Part shown: one piece after another, positions 23,371 through 36,791 of the stretch | Numbering within the stretch: position 1 is the first letter of the stretch | How the letters are laid out: each line of letters starts with the position of its first letter | NCBI RefSeq assembly: GCF_006345805.1 | Contig: NC_043010.1 | Location: forward strand, 52,948,001 to 53,011,922 | Source: Octopus sinensis | Taxonomy: Eukaryota | Direction: 5' to 3' | DNA length: 63,922 nucleotides | Translations under genes and position numbers: made by a program | Notes under the pieces: generated by a model | The model's database searches: none | What the model was told of the DNA's origin: nothing | Seen by the model: only the letters and a program-made list of their open reading frames with translations

Positions 23371-24296
23371 CATGCGATTTTAATTTTAAAATTCTTATAA
23401 TTTAACTTGTGTGTGAATAAAAACATACAAGGAAACATCACACGACGGGCTCAAATCCCACCAAATTCATCTTAAACTTTCACTCTACGGTAGGGAAGGA
23501 GTAAATAAAACAAAGTATGAATCAATTTCTGAGATTAATTTATATCCTTATAAACCATCTTAGATGTGAATGGAGTTAGAATAGAAGACAAATAAGAGAT
23601 AACATTCTTCACAGATTCTATATCTTTTATCAGGAATTTTGAAAAATTCTTTAGCAACTGTTATACAGATCATATATATATATCACCATCACCATCACTA
23701 TTTATATTGATCTCTCAAAGATTATAGATATTCATTATAAAAAGTTTTCTTTTTCTTGTGAAGAAACCGTTCATTACCAAGAACTTTTCTGGTTGTTTCA
23801 TAAAAATAACGAAATTTACTTCACAGTTTCAGATCTGCTTGGATTAATCGGATGAAAATATCTGGTGAGAAGAATTCATACAAGTTGTCCTTCTGATTGA
23901 GCAAATCTATGGTCAAAAGATACCAACAGATACCATCCCGCCTTTTCCCAATATCTAAGCGTCTCAGTTTCAAGTACTCAATGTATCTTTTTCCTAAACT
24001 GGTGTCGTGTAATTTCATTGAGTTTGGTTGATATATATCCTTGTTTTCGTATACATTCGATGCTTTTTCCCCCAAGGAATCTAATGCTCTTAGCTTAGTT
24101 TTTCCTTGGGGCTGGCCAGATTGGAGCAATCTCAAGATTAATCAGCCGAAATTGCGAGGATGATCCGGTTCTTGACTGAAGATAAAAGGCTTCGAATGAC
24201 CCGTCCTTGTTTTTTTGTATCATCTATCTGGATGTTTTGTTGTCTCTTTTTGTATCACCTGGTTGACCGGATGTTTTGCGTTCTTGTCCCATTTTG

Positions 24297-24341
<45 letters not shown>

Positions 24342-24344
24342 TAT

Positions 24345-24646
24345 CACCGTGACCGACCAGGCTATCAGATGATGCTACACATCGCTGGTCACAATGCGCT
24401 TCGCATTGTTTTAGCCTTCAAATGACGCCATCCCGCTGGCTAAGCGAGCAGGCCAACAGAAGAAAGAGTGAGAAAAAGTTGTGGCGAAAGAGTTCAGCAG
24501 GGATCGCCACCGTCCCCCTGCCGGAGACTCGTGGAGCTTTTAGGTGTTTCCGCTAAATAAACACTCACAACGCCCGGTCTGGGAATCGACACCGCGATCC
24601 TACAACCGCGAGTCCGCTGCCCTAACCACTGGGCCATTGCACCTCC
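24345..24646 (-). mobile_element. SINE family D head with an alternative tail
   Basis: Same head and ccacaactttctctcactct body as 22989, different 3' part ending ggtcggtcacggtgat. Confidence 0.8.
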
Positions 24647-26129
24647 ATACACACACATATAGCATGCCAATGGACCTAATAGACACCGTTTCCTTAGTTG
24701 ACATATTTGTAGTCTATGTAGAATGGGGCAGGCATGGCTGTGTGATAAGAAACTTGCTTCTCAATCAATCATTCCGGGTTCAGTTCAACTACGCGGAATT
24801 TGCTTAAGTGTTTTCTAGTATAGCTCCAGGCTGACCAAAGCCTAGGCATTGGATCTCGCCAACAGAAACCGAAAGAAGCCTCCCTCCACCAAGGTGCCAC
24901 GCAATGGGACTGAACCCGGAACCATGTGGTTCGTAAGCAAGCTACTTACCACACAGCCACTCCTACGCCTATATTGTAAGAATTTGATATTCAATTTACT
25001 TTAGCTTTTCGCTCCCTATAGAGTACAGCTTATTGTCGATATTTTTTCCTTTAGTCTCGACTTCGGGTTGTCTCTTCTGCATCTCTCCTTTGGGATCCCT
25101 ACTTTTGCAGCTCTGTCTCAGGACCCTGCTTTCAGTTATTTTTAGAACGTCCTCTCTTCCGCCTACTTTGTGAGTCCATGCGTTTCCCTGAGAAAGGGCC
25201 TTCTTCTTCCAGGTGTTGTTTAGTTTTGAATTGTCATCAATGCTTCTGTGACTTTGCTTTTTTCTAAAAGATATTGGCCCAATGCAAACCTATATTTATC
25301 CCTGGGAAGAGGTATTTTATATTCGTCTAGTTTCTATCTTTTAACTTGGCCATTATGAGAAGTCCCACTTAGAGCTTTCGCTTCGTTAACATCGTTCTCA
25401 GAGTCATTCAGGCATACAAGCCACCACACAGCAACAAAGATTGGATCTTATGATGGAAAAATGTTGATGTGGTGCAATAAATTCATGAAAGAAAAGCAAA
25501 AATTATTTGCGGAGATGAAGAGAAGGAATATAACAAAAATGTTGTTCTTTGAAGTTAAAAGTAATGCTGATTTGTTTAAAGAAATACCATGCTCTTCAAT
25601 TACATATTATTCTTGGTCATTCTTGAAAGACAGAAGTCAAAACATTCAGCATGATTTTAATATGAAAGAAGATGTGTGGAAAATGATGATCGAATTAAAA
25701 GACACATTTGAAAGAAAAGAAGAAAAGAACCATTCTTTTGACTTTCTTGGAATTCTAATAAAGCACAAAAACTCAGAAGGCGCTGTTATTTTAAGCTTAA
25801 AATGCTGGAATGACGTTATATATATACATCTTGAATACAATAACATCAATTTCCAGTACTTCTGTACCAGACACTATTGAATTAGACATGACCAGATTTC
25901 TTTATGCTTGCTGGGTTTTGAAAAAGAGATACGTGTCCTCGGTCGTCACAGATACCTGAGTCACGTGGAAGTGAGACCATTATTGTTCCGCTTCAATTGA
26001 TACTACGTGATCAACACTTGCAGGAATGATGTGCAAGGAGAGAATTCCAGAGAACCGACGTTCTAATGAATGCAAATACCTAACGTGAATTCTTCATTTT
26101 TATTTTAAAGGGTAGAGATCCCTTTCTGT

Positions 26130-26773
26130 TGTGACTGATCATGGGATTACATAATTCCGGACAAGGCCATTCATGGAAGATCACCAGCAGTCGCCCATGC
26201 ATAGCAGCCGCCTGTCTCCACGCCACTGATGTTATCCAACAGAAAGGCAAAGGGGCCGATACAGCTTGGCACCTGTGACGCCACAACTCATTTCTACAGC
26301 TGAATGAACTGGCGCAACGTGAAATAAAATGTCTTGCTCAAGAATACAACACACAGCCCGGCCCGGGAATCGAACTTACTACTACATGACTGAGCCCGAC
26401 GCTCTAACCACTAAGCCATGCGCCTTCGCTGCTGAGACCTCCTTCGGTCATGGCTGACCATGGGATTGCACCAAGAAAGTTACCCTCCCAGGCACAAGTC
26501 CGGGCAATGATGTTTATGGAAGACCAGCAGTCGCCCATGCATACCGGCCTCCCCTCTCCACGCCACTAGTGTCATCCAAGGGAAAGGCAAAGGGGCCGCC
26601 GATACAGCTTGGCACCAGCGACGTCGCAACTCATTTCTCCAGCTGAGTGAACTGGAACAACGTGAAATAAAATGTTTTGCTCAAGAACACAACACGCAGC
26701 CCGGTCCGGGATTCGAACTCACAACGTCGCGATCGTAAGCTCGATGCTCTAACCACTGAGCCATGCGCCTTCA
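26130..26773 (-). mobile_element. Two tandem D-related SINEs (about 26130-26428 and 26430-26773)
   Basis: Each has a gaaggcgcatggct.agtggttagagc head, cttgagcaa, and a shared body ggcccctttgcctttc..ggat..cac..gtggcgtggaga. Confidence 0.8.
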
Positions 26774-26831
26774 CCTTCATTATTATTCACTAGCATATTC
26801 AGACTAGTGTTTTCTACGTGGTTGTTATAGT

Positions 26832-26873
26832 CACAATGTTTCGGTCATTTTATCATCAGGTCTTCTTCAGGTG
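26832..26873 (-). ncRNA. Degenerate hammerhead-like motif
   Basis: cac-CTGAAGA-...gacc-GAAAC-aTT-gtg; stem II poorly paired. Confidence 0.4.
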
Positions 26874-27075
26874 CCTACAGTATTCGCTAATGTTTTTGGA
26901 ATTTGAAGTCAAGTCTTTTATTAAATCCGCAGGCGGGTGTAGCTTATTCTCATCGTTACTCACACCATGGATATTTTCCTTATTACATATTCTACTTTAT
27001 GTGGCACATCACTATCTTGTTATGCTCCATGTAGAGGAGCTTTGTTGGTGCAACCCCTTCGTGACCAAAGAGGGT

Positions 27076-27158
<83 letters not shown>

Positions 27159-27219
27159 GGAGAGAGAAACAACTTGTTTAAAATCTCTGGGCGGGAGATA
27201 TACAGTAACAATACCGAAT

Positions 27220-27487
27220 AGTAAAGTTTATATGTCAAACGACTGTGGCAGTCCTATAAAGGACGGTGTTACTGTTGTTTTAGCCCCAGGAAAACATCTT
27301 TTCCAATTGGCTATCAGCACACAGTTCGTGTCCGTATAGCATTTGGAAGGGACCACCCTTGCAAATGCTATACGGACACAAACTGTGTGCCGATAGTCAG
27401 CTGGAAAAGATATTTTCTTGGGGCTAAAACAACAGTAACACCGTCCTTTATAGGACTGCCACATTCCGTTGACATATCAATTTTACT
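27220..27487. mobile_element. Fully palindromic fold-back MITE (about 130-bp arms)
   Basis: tgtggcagtcctataaaggacggtgttactgttgttttagcccc...tatagcatttg mirrored around about 27352. Confidence 0.9.
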
Positions 27488-27489
27488 TC

Positions 27490-27640
27490 TCGGTGCGTTC
27501 GGGCAGCTTGAGTGAAAAGGAAAATCCGGCGAGCGCGCAATACACGTCCGTACTCCAGACCAAACAGCCGGTAACTAACGTGATCAAGTGGCGGGAAAAT
27601 TTTCACGCTTGCGCAGTAAGGGTAGCGTTAAGAATTCTGC
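27490..27640. promoter_or_regulatory. Candidate CpG-rich promoter with E2F-type site
   Basis: Unique CpG-dense stretch; tggcgggaaaa at about 27589-27599; gcttgcgcag NRF1-like. Confidence 0.35.
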
Positions 27641-27644
27641 CCAC

Positions 27645-27702
27645 ATGGCATTAGTTTTGGCGGAAAAAAATAAAACCAGATACTCTCTGAAAGCACCTCG
27701 TA
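27645..27702. mobile_element. Mariner-type TIR remnant
   Basis: gcattagtttt.gcgg..a.aataaa...gatact...gaa.gcacctcgta matches 29830-29888. Confidence 0.6.
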
Positions 27703-28120
27703 CACCATGGAGACCGGATTATAGGCTCTGCGGAGTCCTAGAATCCAAGACTGTAACGTCCCAGGAATTTCTGTTTTATTGCTATTTATATTGTTTTCAT
27801 CTTGGTTTTTCGAAGTTTTATTAGTTCTGTTTCAAATACAAATGCCGGTCAAATTTCGTCTGTAGATGAGGTTTTCTTCGTACATTCTTGATAATATATC
27901 ATTCTTTGGCGCCAGTTTTAATTTCTTTGTCATCTTTTTCCTTCTTTTTAATTTTGCTAAGCAGTGTTCTTTTTTCCTTTTTTTTTAATTTAAAAAAAAA
28001 ATCTCTAAACAGTGTGTTTTTCTTTTTATTTTCGTTACCGTAGTTTATCGTTTATCGTCTCGTCGTTTCTCATTCATGCAGGTAGACATTTTATTTAGAT
28101 CAGAACCTGATATTTTTTTG

Positions 28121-28187
<67 letters not shown>

Positions 28188-28477
28188 CATTATTAGATTG
28201 TATCTGATTTATTATGACATTGATATCACATTGTTATCGCTTTAAAAATTAAATAACACATGTTGTAAATTCAAAATGAAAAAATATCCGAAACAAAACA
28301 CACACACACACACACACACGTGCACAAACGAAAAAATAAAACGTTACATACTTTTTCCATTCTGATACGAAAATATCTAAAAAAAAAAAAAAGGAAGAAA
28401 CGAGAATCGTATTTTTTCACTTATAATTTTTATATTTTATTTTTGTTAGTATTTTCAATTTTAAATTAAAAAAAAAA

Positions 28478-28529
<52 letters not shown>

Positions 28530-29402
28530 GTTATTATTATTATTATCATCATTATTATTATTATTATATTATATTATTATTATTATTATTGTTATTATTA
28601 TTATCATCATTATTATTATTATTATTATTATTATTTTATTATTATTATTATTATTATCATTATTATTATTATTATTATTAGCTTGCTTGTTTGCTCGTAA
28701 ATATGTTCAAAGCATCAAACTGCCATTGAAAAGTTGAAGATATATTCTTCTGATGTACTCCATTTTCTTTTGTATAGAACTTCTCTGCTAGAATATTTTC
28801 ACACAGTTTTTGCAGTAGGATATTTTCTTTGCTTTCTTCTTTTTTTTTTTCTTCTTCTTCTTCTTCGTATATGTTAAAGTTTGCAATATCGATAATTCAT
28901 TGTGCGTGTCATCTTTGTCATCGTGATTCTGACAGACTGACATAAGTTTCCAACAACCAAATATGATCACGGAAAAAAAAAACAACAACAACAGAAAAAA
29001 AACAGAAAAAAACACCCCAGAAAAATCGACAACCCAAATTTTTTTTTTTTTTTTTTTTGCATCTTAAGATAATCGAACTGTTGGGAAGGTGGGACTGGTC
29101 GAGGGGTATGTGGAACGGTGTGTAGATGTAGTGGTGATGATGATGACAAAACATGTGTTGACGTTATTTTTTTTATACAGCATGTAGTTCTTTTCAATTA
29201 AACATCTTCATTTACAAATTTCTGTCGCCATATGCAAAGAGACGGGGTGTGAGAGTAAAATGTTATGCGTGAGTGTGTGTGAGTGTGTGTGTGTGTCTGT
29301 GTGTAAATTGTACATATATGTATACATGCATATGTGTACATATAACAGCTTGGGTTTGATATGCAAATACAGTATTGCATGCATACATATATATATATAT
29401 AT

Positions 29403-29743
<341 letters not shown>

Positions 29744-29755
29744 CATATATATATA

Positions 29756-29802
<47 letters not shown>

Positions 29803-29821
29803 ATATATTTTGTATATGCGT

Positions 29822-29888
29822 GCGCGCCCAGGTAGCATTAGTTTTAGCGGGGAATAATAAAGTTGGATACTTTTGAACGCACCTCGTA
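29822..29888. mobile_element. Mariner-type TIR remnant
   Basis: Reverse complement begins ta-cgaggtgcgttcaaaagtatccaac. Confidence 0.6.
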
Positions 29889-29899
29889 CGTATATACGG

Positions 29900-30060
29900 T
29901 AGATTTCTTTCAGTTTTCGTCCACCAAATCTTCTCACAAGGCTGTCGTTGGGTCGGAGTTATACTAGAAGACACCTGCTCAAGGCTGCCATGCAATGAAA
30001 CTGAACCCGGAACCCTGTGGGTGGAAGCAAACTTCTTACCACACAGTCACGCCTGCGCTT
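29900..30060 (-). mobile_element. SINE family A 5' half
   Basis: cttctttcagttt..ccaaatc...cttaccacacag. Confidence 0.75.
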
Positions 30061-30154
30061 ATAATGTAGACAAAACTTTGAATAAATAATGCAGATTTGA
30101 ATAAATAATAAAGATTAAATGACAAGATTGACGGATTAATGATACAGTTTTAAG

Positions 30155-33100
30155 GAAGGGGATAAGTGGATTACATTAAACCCCAGGGTACAGCCGGTAC
30201 TTATTTCATAAACCACGAAAGGATGAAAGGCAAAGTTGATCTCGGCGGAATTTGAACTCAGAATGTGAAAACGAAGGAAGTGCCGCTAAGCATTTTGCCC
30301 GGCGTGCTAACGATTCTTATTTCTTTATTGCCCACAAGGGGCTACACACAGAGGGGACAAACAAGGACAGACAAAGGGATTAAGTCAATTAAATCGACCT
30401 CAGTACACAACTGGTACTTAATTAATCGACCACGAAAGGATGAAAGGCAAAGTCGACCTCGGCGGAATTTGAACTCAGAACGTAGCGGCAGATGAAATAT
30501 CACTAAGCATTTCGCCCGGCATGCTAACGTTTCTGCCAGCTCGCCGCCTTCAATTTTGCTCACATCCACAAATGATTCAAGCTGTTCTCAGTTTCACTAT
30601 CTTATTTCTTTACTGCCCACAAGGGGCTACACACTGAGAGGACAAGCAAGGACAGACAAACGGATTAGGTCGATTATATCGACCTCAGTGCGTAACTGGT
30701 ACTTATTTAATCGACCCCGAAAGGATGAAAAGCAAAATGGATCTCGCCGGAATTTGGACTCAAAACGAAGCGGCAGACAAAATACCTATTTCTTTAATAC
30801 CCAGAAGGGGTTAAACACAGAGAGGACAAACAAGGACAGACAAACGGATGAAAGGCGAAGTCAACCTTGGCGGAATTTGAACTCAGAATGTAGCGGCGGA
30901 CGAAATACGGCTACGCATTTCGTCCGGCGTGCTAACGTTTCTGGCAGCTCGCCGCCTTAGATAAAGAAAATATTGATTTCAAATTCAGGCACAAAGGCAC
31001 AAAGGCATAGGCACTTGTCTGGTACTTATTCTATCGATCGCGAAATGATCAAAGGCAAAGTTCACCGCGGCGGAATATAAACTCAGAACGTGAAGACGGA
31101 GAAAATATCGTTAAACGTTATCTATTCTGCCAGCTCGCCACCTTAAATAAAGAATTTATTCTCTTCTACTCTAGAAACAAGGCCCGAAACTTTTGTGGAG
31201 GGGGCCTGTAGATTAGATCGACATCACTATGCTTAATTTATCGACCCCGAAAGGATGAAATGCAAAGTCGACCTCGGCGGAATTTGAACTCAGACCGTAA
31301 AGACAGACGAAATATCGCTGAGCATTTCGCCAGGGGTGCTAACGATTCTGCCACAAGGGTAGCCTGGGAAAGGTGGGGATGATTCGATTAGATCGATCCC
31401 ACTACACAACTGGTACTTATTTAATCGACCCAAAAAGGATGAAAGGCAAAGTCGACCGCGGCGGAATTTGAACTCGGAACGTAGCGGCAGAGGAAATACT
31501 TATTTCTTTACTACCCACAAGGGGCTATACACAGAGGAGACAAACAAGGACAGACAGACGGATTAAGTCGATTATTTCGACCCCAGTGCGTAACTGGTAC
31601 TTATTTAATCGACCCCGAAAGGATGAAAGGCAAAGTCGACCGCGGCGGAATTTGAACTCGGAACGTAGCGGCAGAGGAAATACCTATTTCTTTACTACCC
31701 ACAAGGGGCTATACACAGAGGGGACAAACAAGGACAGACAAACGGATTAAGTCGATTATTTCGACCCCAGTGCGTAACTGGTAGTTATTTAATCGACCCC
31801 GAAAGGATTGAAAGGCAAAGTCGACCGCGGCGGAATTGAACTCGGAACGTAGCGGCAGAGGAAATACCTATTTCTTACTACCCACAAGGGGCTATACACA
31901 GAGGAGACAAACAAGGACAGACAGACGGATTAAGTCGATTATTTCGACCCCAGTGCGTAACTGGTACTTATTTAATCGACCCCGAAAGGAAAAAAGGCAA
32001 AGTCGACCGCGGCGGAATTTGAACTCGGAACGTAGCGGCAGAGGAAATACCTATTTCTTACTACCCACAAGGGGCTATACACAGAGGGGACAAACAAGGA
32101 CAGACAAACGGATTAAGTCGATTATTTCGACCCCAGTGCGTAACTGGTAGTTATTTAATCGACCCCGAAAGGATGAAAGGCAAAGTCGACCGCGGCGGAA
32201 TTTGAACTCGGAACGTAGCGGCAGAGGAAATACCTATTTCTTTACTACCCAAAAGGAGCTAAACACAGAGGACAAACAAGGACAGACAAACGGATTAAGT
32301 CGATTATATCGACCCCAGTGCGTAACTGGTACTTATTTAATCGACCCCGAAAGGATGAAAGGCAAAGTCGACCTCGGCGGAATTTGAACTCAGAACGTAA
32401 AGACAGACGAAATATCGCTAAGCATTTCGCCCGGCGTGCTAACGTTTCTGCCAGCTCGCCGCCTTAATAATAATAATTATTATTTCAAATTTTTGCCAAA
32501 AGGGTAGCTTGGGAAAAGTGGGGATGAGTTGATTAGATCGACTCCAGTACACAACTGGTACTTAATTTATCGACCCCGAAAGGATGAAAGGCAAAGTCGA
32601 CCTCGACGGAATTTGAACTCAGAACGTAACGCCAGACGAAATATCGCTAAGCATTTCGCCCGGCGTGCTAACGTTTCTGCCAGCTCGCCGCCTTAATAAT
32701 AATAATATTTATTATTTCAAATTTTTGCCAAAAGGGTAGCTTGGGAAAGGTGGGGATGAGTTGATTAGATCGACTCCAGTACACAGCTGGTACTTGATTT
32801 ATCGACCCCGAAAGGATGAAAGGCAAAGTCGACCTCGGTGGAATTTGACCTCAGAACGTAAAGACAGACGAAATATCGCTAAGCATTTCGCCCGGCGTGC
32901 TAACGTTTCTGCCAGCTCGCCGCCTTAATAATAATAATATTTATTATTTCAAATTTTTGCCAAAAGGTAGCTTGGAAAGGTGGGGATGAGTTGATTAGAT
33001 CGACTCCAGTACACAACTGGTACTTGATTTATCGACCCCGAAAGGATGAAAGGCAAAGTCGACCTCGGTGGAATTTGACCTCAGAATGTAAAGACAGACG

Positions 33101-33389
33101 AAATATCGCTAAGCATTTCGCCCGGCGTGCTAACGTTTCTGCCAGCTCGCCGCCTTAATAATAATAATATTTATTATTTCAAATTTTTGCCAAAAGGGTA
33201 GCTTGGGAAAGGTGGGGATGAGTTGATTAGATCGACTCCAGTACACAACTGGTACTTGATTTATCGACCCCGAAAGGATGAAAGGCAAAGTCGACCTCGG
33301 TGGAATTTGACCTCAGAACGTAAAGACAGACGAAATATCGCTAAGCATTTCGCCCGGTGTGCTAACGTTTCTGCCAGCTCGCCGCCTTG
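30155..33389 (-). repeat. Tandem array of about 17 SINE family B bodies (about 183-bp and 242-bp units)
   Basis: gaccccgaaaggatgaaaggcaaagtcgacc recurs throughout; near-identical 183-bp units at 31480-32400 and about 242-bp units at 32400-33389. Confidence 0.95.
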
Positions 33390-34345
33390 ATTAAAGAAAA
33401 TGTTATAGGCTGAAAGAAAACATGAAATGAAATAAATGACATCGAAGAAAAAGGTAAATGATATACCAGGTAAATAAGCCGTGAGGGATAAATTTAAAGG
33501 CCTATTGAAATGAATGTTATAATAGACTGAAAAAGATGAATGAACGAACGGTATAAAGCGATAGAAAGAACAAAAAGGAACAAGATAATTGAAGAAGAGA
33601 AAGAAGAAATGATTGAGAGAAAGGAAGGATAATAAATACGAACGAAGGAAGGGAAAATTAGAAAGAGGTGATAAATTAGAAGGAATACGGAAAGGAAGAC
33701 ATTTTGAGAAGCACAAAGGAAATGAATAAAGGATTCGGTGAGAGTTAATTTGAATGAAAGAGAATTAGCAACGAATTAAGGTGAATAAAGAATTGTAGCA
33801 ATATTATAGAAATATATGATAAAAAAATACATAGTGTTTGTAGTAAAGTATATAAGAAATATTAAAAAAAATATATAGGATATATATAAATGAATAATAT
33901 AAAAAGTATGTAAGACAAACAGGATGAATAAAAATGTATAAATATAAATAAAAATAAATATAGATATGGATATGAATATAAAAATATATAGATATGAAAA
34001 TACATAAACAAGAAATAAAGAATATATGATTAAAAAATATAAAAATCTACAATATAAAATCATATAAGACGGTAAAATGCATAAGAAATGCAAAAATATA
34101 TAACCGTAAAAAGTACATAATGTAATTTAATATAATATAATATAGGTATCAAAGATACATAAAAAATACAAAAGATATATACATATGATAAATATAGATA
34201 CATAAGATAAATAAGAAAAAAATAAAAATATGAAAGATATATAAATATATAAAAAAAACACCTTAGATATATAGAAATGAAAGTGAAATATAAGATACAA
34301 AAGATAAGTAGAATTTATTAGGTAAATAAAAATGGAACACGAAAA

Positions 34346-34620
34346 TCTATATATATAAAGCTTAAGTTGTCTGTGTGTGGCAGGTTTGGTAGCCTTCAAC
34401 TAACACTATCTCCTCCGAGACCCTGCGGCGCAAGTTGACCAAAATTCAGAGTATGATAGAAGAAGGCTTGCTATTCATTCCGTAGAAGATAAAATTCAAA
34501 CCGGACCATGCTAACACCAAAAATTATTTACATCAAAAAGGTACTTTTTTTCTATGAAAATCCATATTTTTTACGATTTTTTTACTGCCGTGTCGCCATT
34601 TTTCGGTGTATTTCAACCAG
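34346..34620 (+). mobile_element. Non-autonomous Helitron-like element, 3' truncated
   Basis: a|TCtatatatataaagct..; colinear with 45092-45370. Confidence 0.7.
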
Positions 34621-34694
34621 AGGCCCGAAATTTTTGGGGAAGCGGGGCCAGTCGATTAGATCGACCCCAGTAAGCAACTGGTACTTAATTTATC

Positions 34695-35446
34695 CACAAA
34701 AACTGTTCGTCGGGAGCTGCACAAATCCGGATTTCACGGGAGGGCTGCAATCAGATGACCACTACTTTCAAAATCAAATGTTGCAAAGCGTTTAGAGTGG
34801 ATTAAAAACCTACAGAATTAGTCTCTAGAGCAGCGGAAGAATGTAATTTTCTAGGACGAACCATCCTTTACGACTACTGACCGAGTGTACGCGTAGAGAC
34901 AGCCAAAAGAAGCATTTGAACCAGACTTTCTTCTTCCAACTGTTAAACACGGAGGAGGATCTGTGATGATCTGGCGTGGAGTGTATCTTGGAAATCCACC
35001 GGTCCAATGGTTTCCCTTGCATTTTATCAGGTCAAATTCATCCTATGTTTGCGAAACTGTTTCCAGAGGGAAAGGCAATCTTTCAAGATGATAATGCACC
35101 AATTCACGCAGCTAAAAATGTTACTGAATGGCACGAGGAACATTCTAGTGAAGTTGAACATCTTATCTGACCACCACAGTCCCCAGATCTCAATATTATT
35201 GAACATTTATGGTGCATTTTAGAAAAACAAATGTGGAGTCAATATCTTCCACTAACATCACTAGAAGAACTGCAGATTATTTTAGCTGAAGAATGGACAA
35301 GAATTTCTTTGGAAACAATTCAAAATTTGTATGAGTCCATACCTCGAAAAATTGAAGCTGAAATTACTGTCAAAGGCGTGCTATCCAATATTAAAATAAA
35401 TTTGCTTGAAATTTTAAGGTGTTTCCATTATTTTGTCCAAATCCTG
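34695..35446 (+). pseudogene. Decayed Tc1 transposase with right TIR
   Basis: TKTVRRELHKSGFHGR..., VIF*DE, TVKHGGGSVMIW, FQDDNAPIH, PPQSPDLNIIEHLW; ends ttttgtccaaatcctg-TA. Confidence 0.9.
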
Positions 35447-35464
35447 TAGATATTCTTTTATTTT

Positions 35465-35815
35465 ATTCTTTTACTTGTTTCAGTCAATTCACTGCAGCCT
35501 TGAAGGGTTTTATTCGAACAAATCGACCACAGGACTTATATTTTCGGCTTAGTAATTATGCTATCTGTCTCTTTTACCGAACCGCTAAATTACGGAGATG
35601 TAAAAACACCAACACCGGTTGTCAAGCAGTAATAGAGGAACAAGCATAGACACAAAGACACACATGCATACATATATGCATACATACGATGGGCTTCTTT
35701 CAGTTTCCGTTTACCAAATCCGCTCCCCAGGTTTTGGTCGGTCCGAGGTTACAGTAGAAGGCACTGAGACTGAATCAAGAACTATGTGGTTGAAAAGCAG
35801 GCTTCTTACCACATA
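35465..35815 (-). mobile_element. SINE family A (degenerate)
   Basis: Tail, body and head motifs in order. Confidence 0.8.
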
Positions 35816-35829
35816 ACCTCCCCTTTACT

Positions 35830-35940
35830 TATGTATATCCATATATACATATGTATATATATATATGTATGTATATGTGTTTATGTATGCATGATAGATA
35901 TGTGAATATATATATATGTACATATATGTATATAAATGTG

Positions 35941-35971
<31 letters not shown>

Positions 35972-36092
35972 GTAGATATATGTATATATACATATGTATA
36001 TATATTTATGTATATCTCTATGTATATAATGTATATATATATGTATATATATGTATATCTCTATGCATGTAATGTCTATATACATGTATGTA

Positions 36093-36151
<59 letters not shown>

Positions 36152-36242
36152 GTAGGTAGGTAGGTAGGTAGATACGATCGATAGATGGATAGATAGATAG
36201 ATTGATAGATAGATAGATAGATAGATTGATAGATAGATAGAT

Positions 36243-36310
<68 letters not shown>
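35830..36310. repeat. (TA)n/(TATG)n/(GATA)n microsatellites
   Basis: Direct inspection. Confidence 0.95.
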
Positions 36311-36311
<1 letters not shown>

Positions 36312-36721
36312 GTATTGTATATATAAAAAACACACTCACGCATACACATTGATACATATGGATTGGAAAGTGAAACTCTGAAGAAAAGAAAAAGAATGAA
36401 GGGAACGAAGTGGGACTGAAGAAGGAAGATGAAAATAAAGAAATGAAGACGAGGCAGAAGAAAGAAAGGAAGAAAGTGGCACAGAGACAGAAGAAATCGA
36501 AAGAGCGAAGAAAAAGATAAAACAAAGCAAAAAGAAAAAAAAGAAGAAGCTAGTCAGGGAAGCAATAACGTATGAAATGTGCAAACGTCAGATGGTGCAG
36601 TGACGTTGCAAGATATATGTGTAGAGTGAAATACGCATATAAATGTATAAAGACATACACACATACATACATGCATACATACATACATACATACATAACA
36701 TACATACATACACACACACAC

Positions 36722-36753
<32 letters not shown>

Positions 36754-36756
36754 ACA

Positions 36757-36791
<35 letters not shown>

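Noticed and set aside
25461-25880. 139-aa non-repetitive ORF
   Set aside because: No recognisable motif; probably a decayed element or chance ORF.
27655-27668. Second E2F site (ttttggcggaaaa)
   Set aside because: Lies inside a mariner TIR remnant homologous to 29830-29888.
30155-33389. CRISPR array or hammerhead satellite
   Set aside because: Units are SINE bodies; gatgaaag and cgaaa occur but not in HHR order with paired stems.
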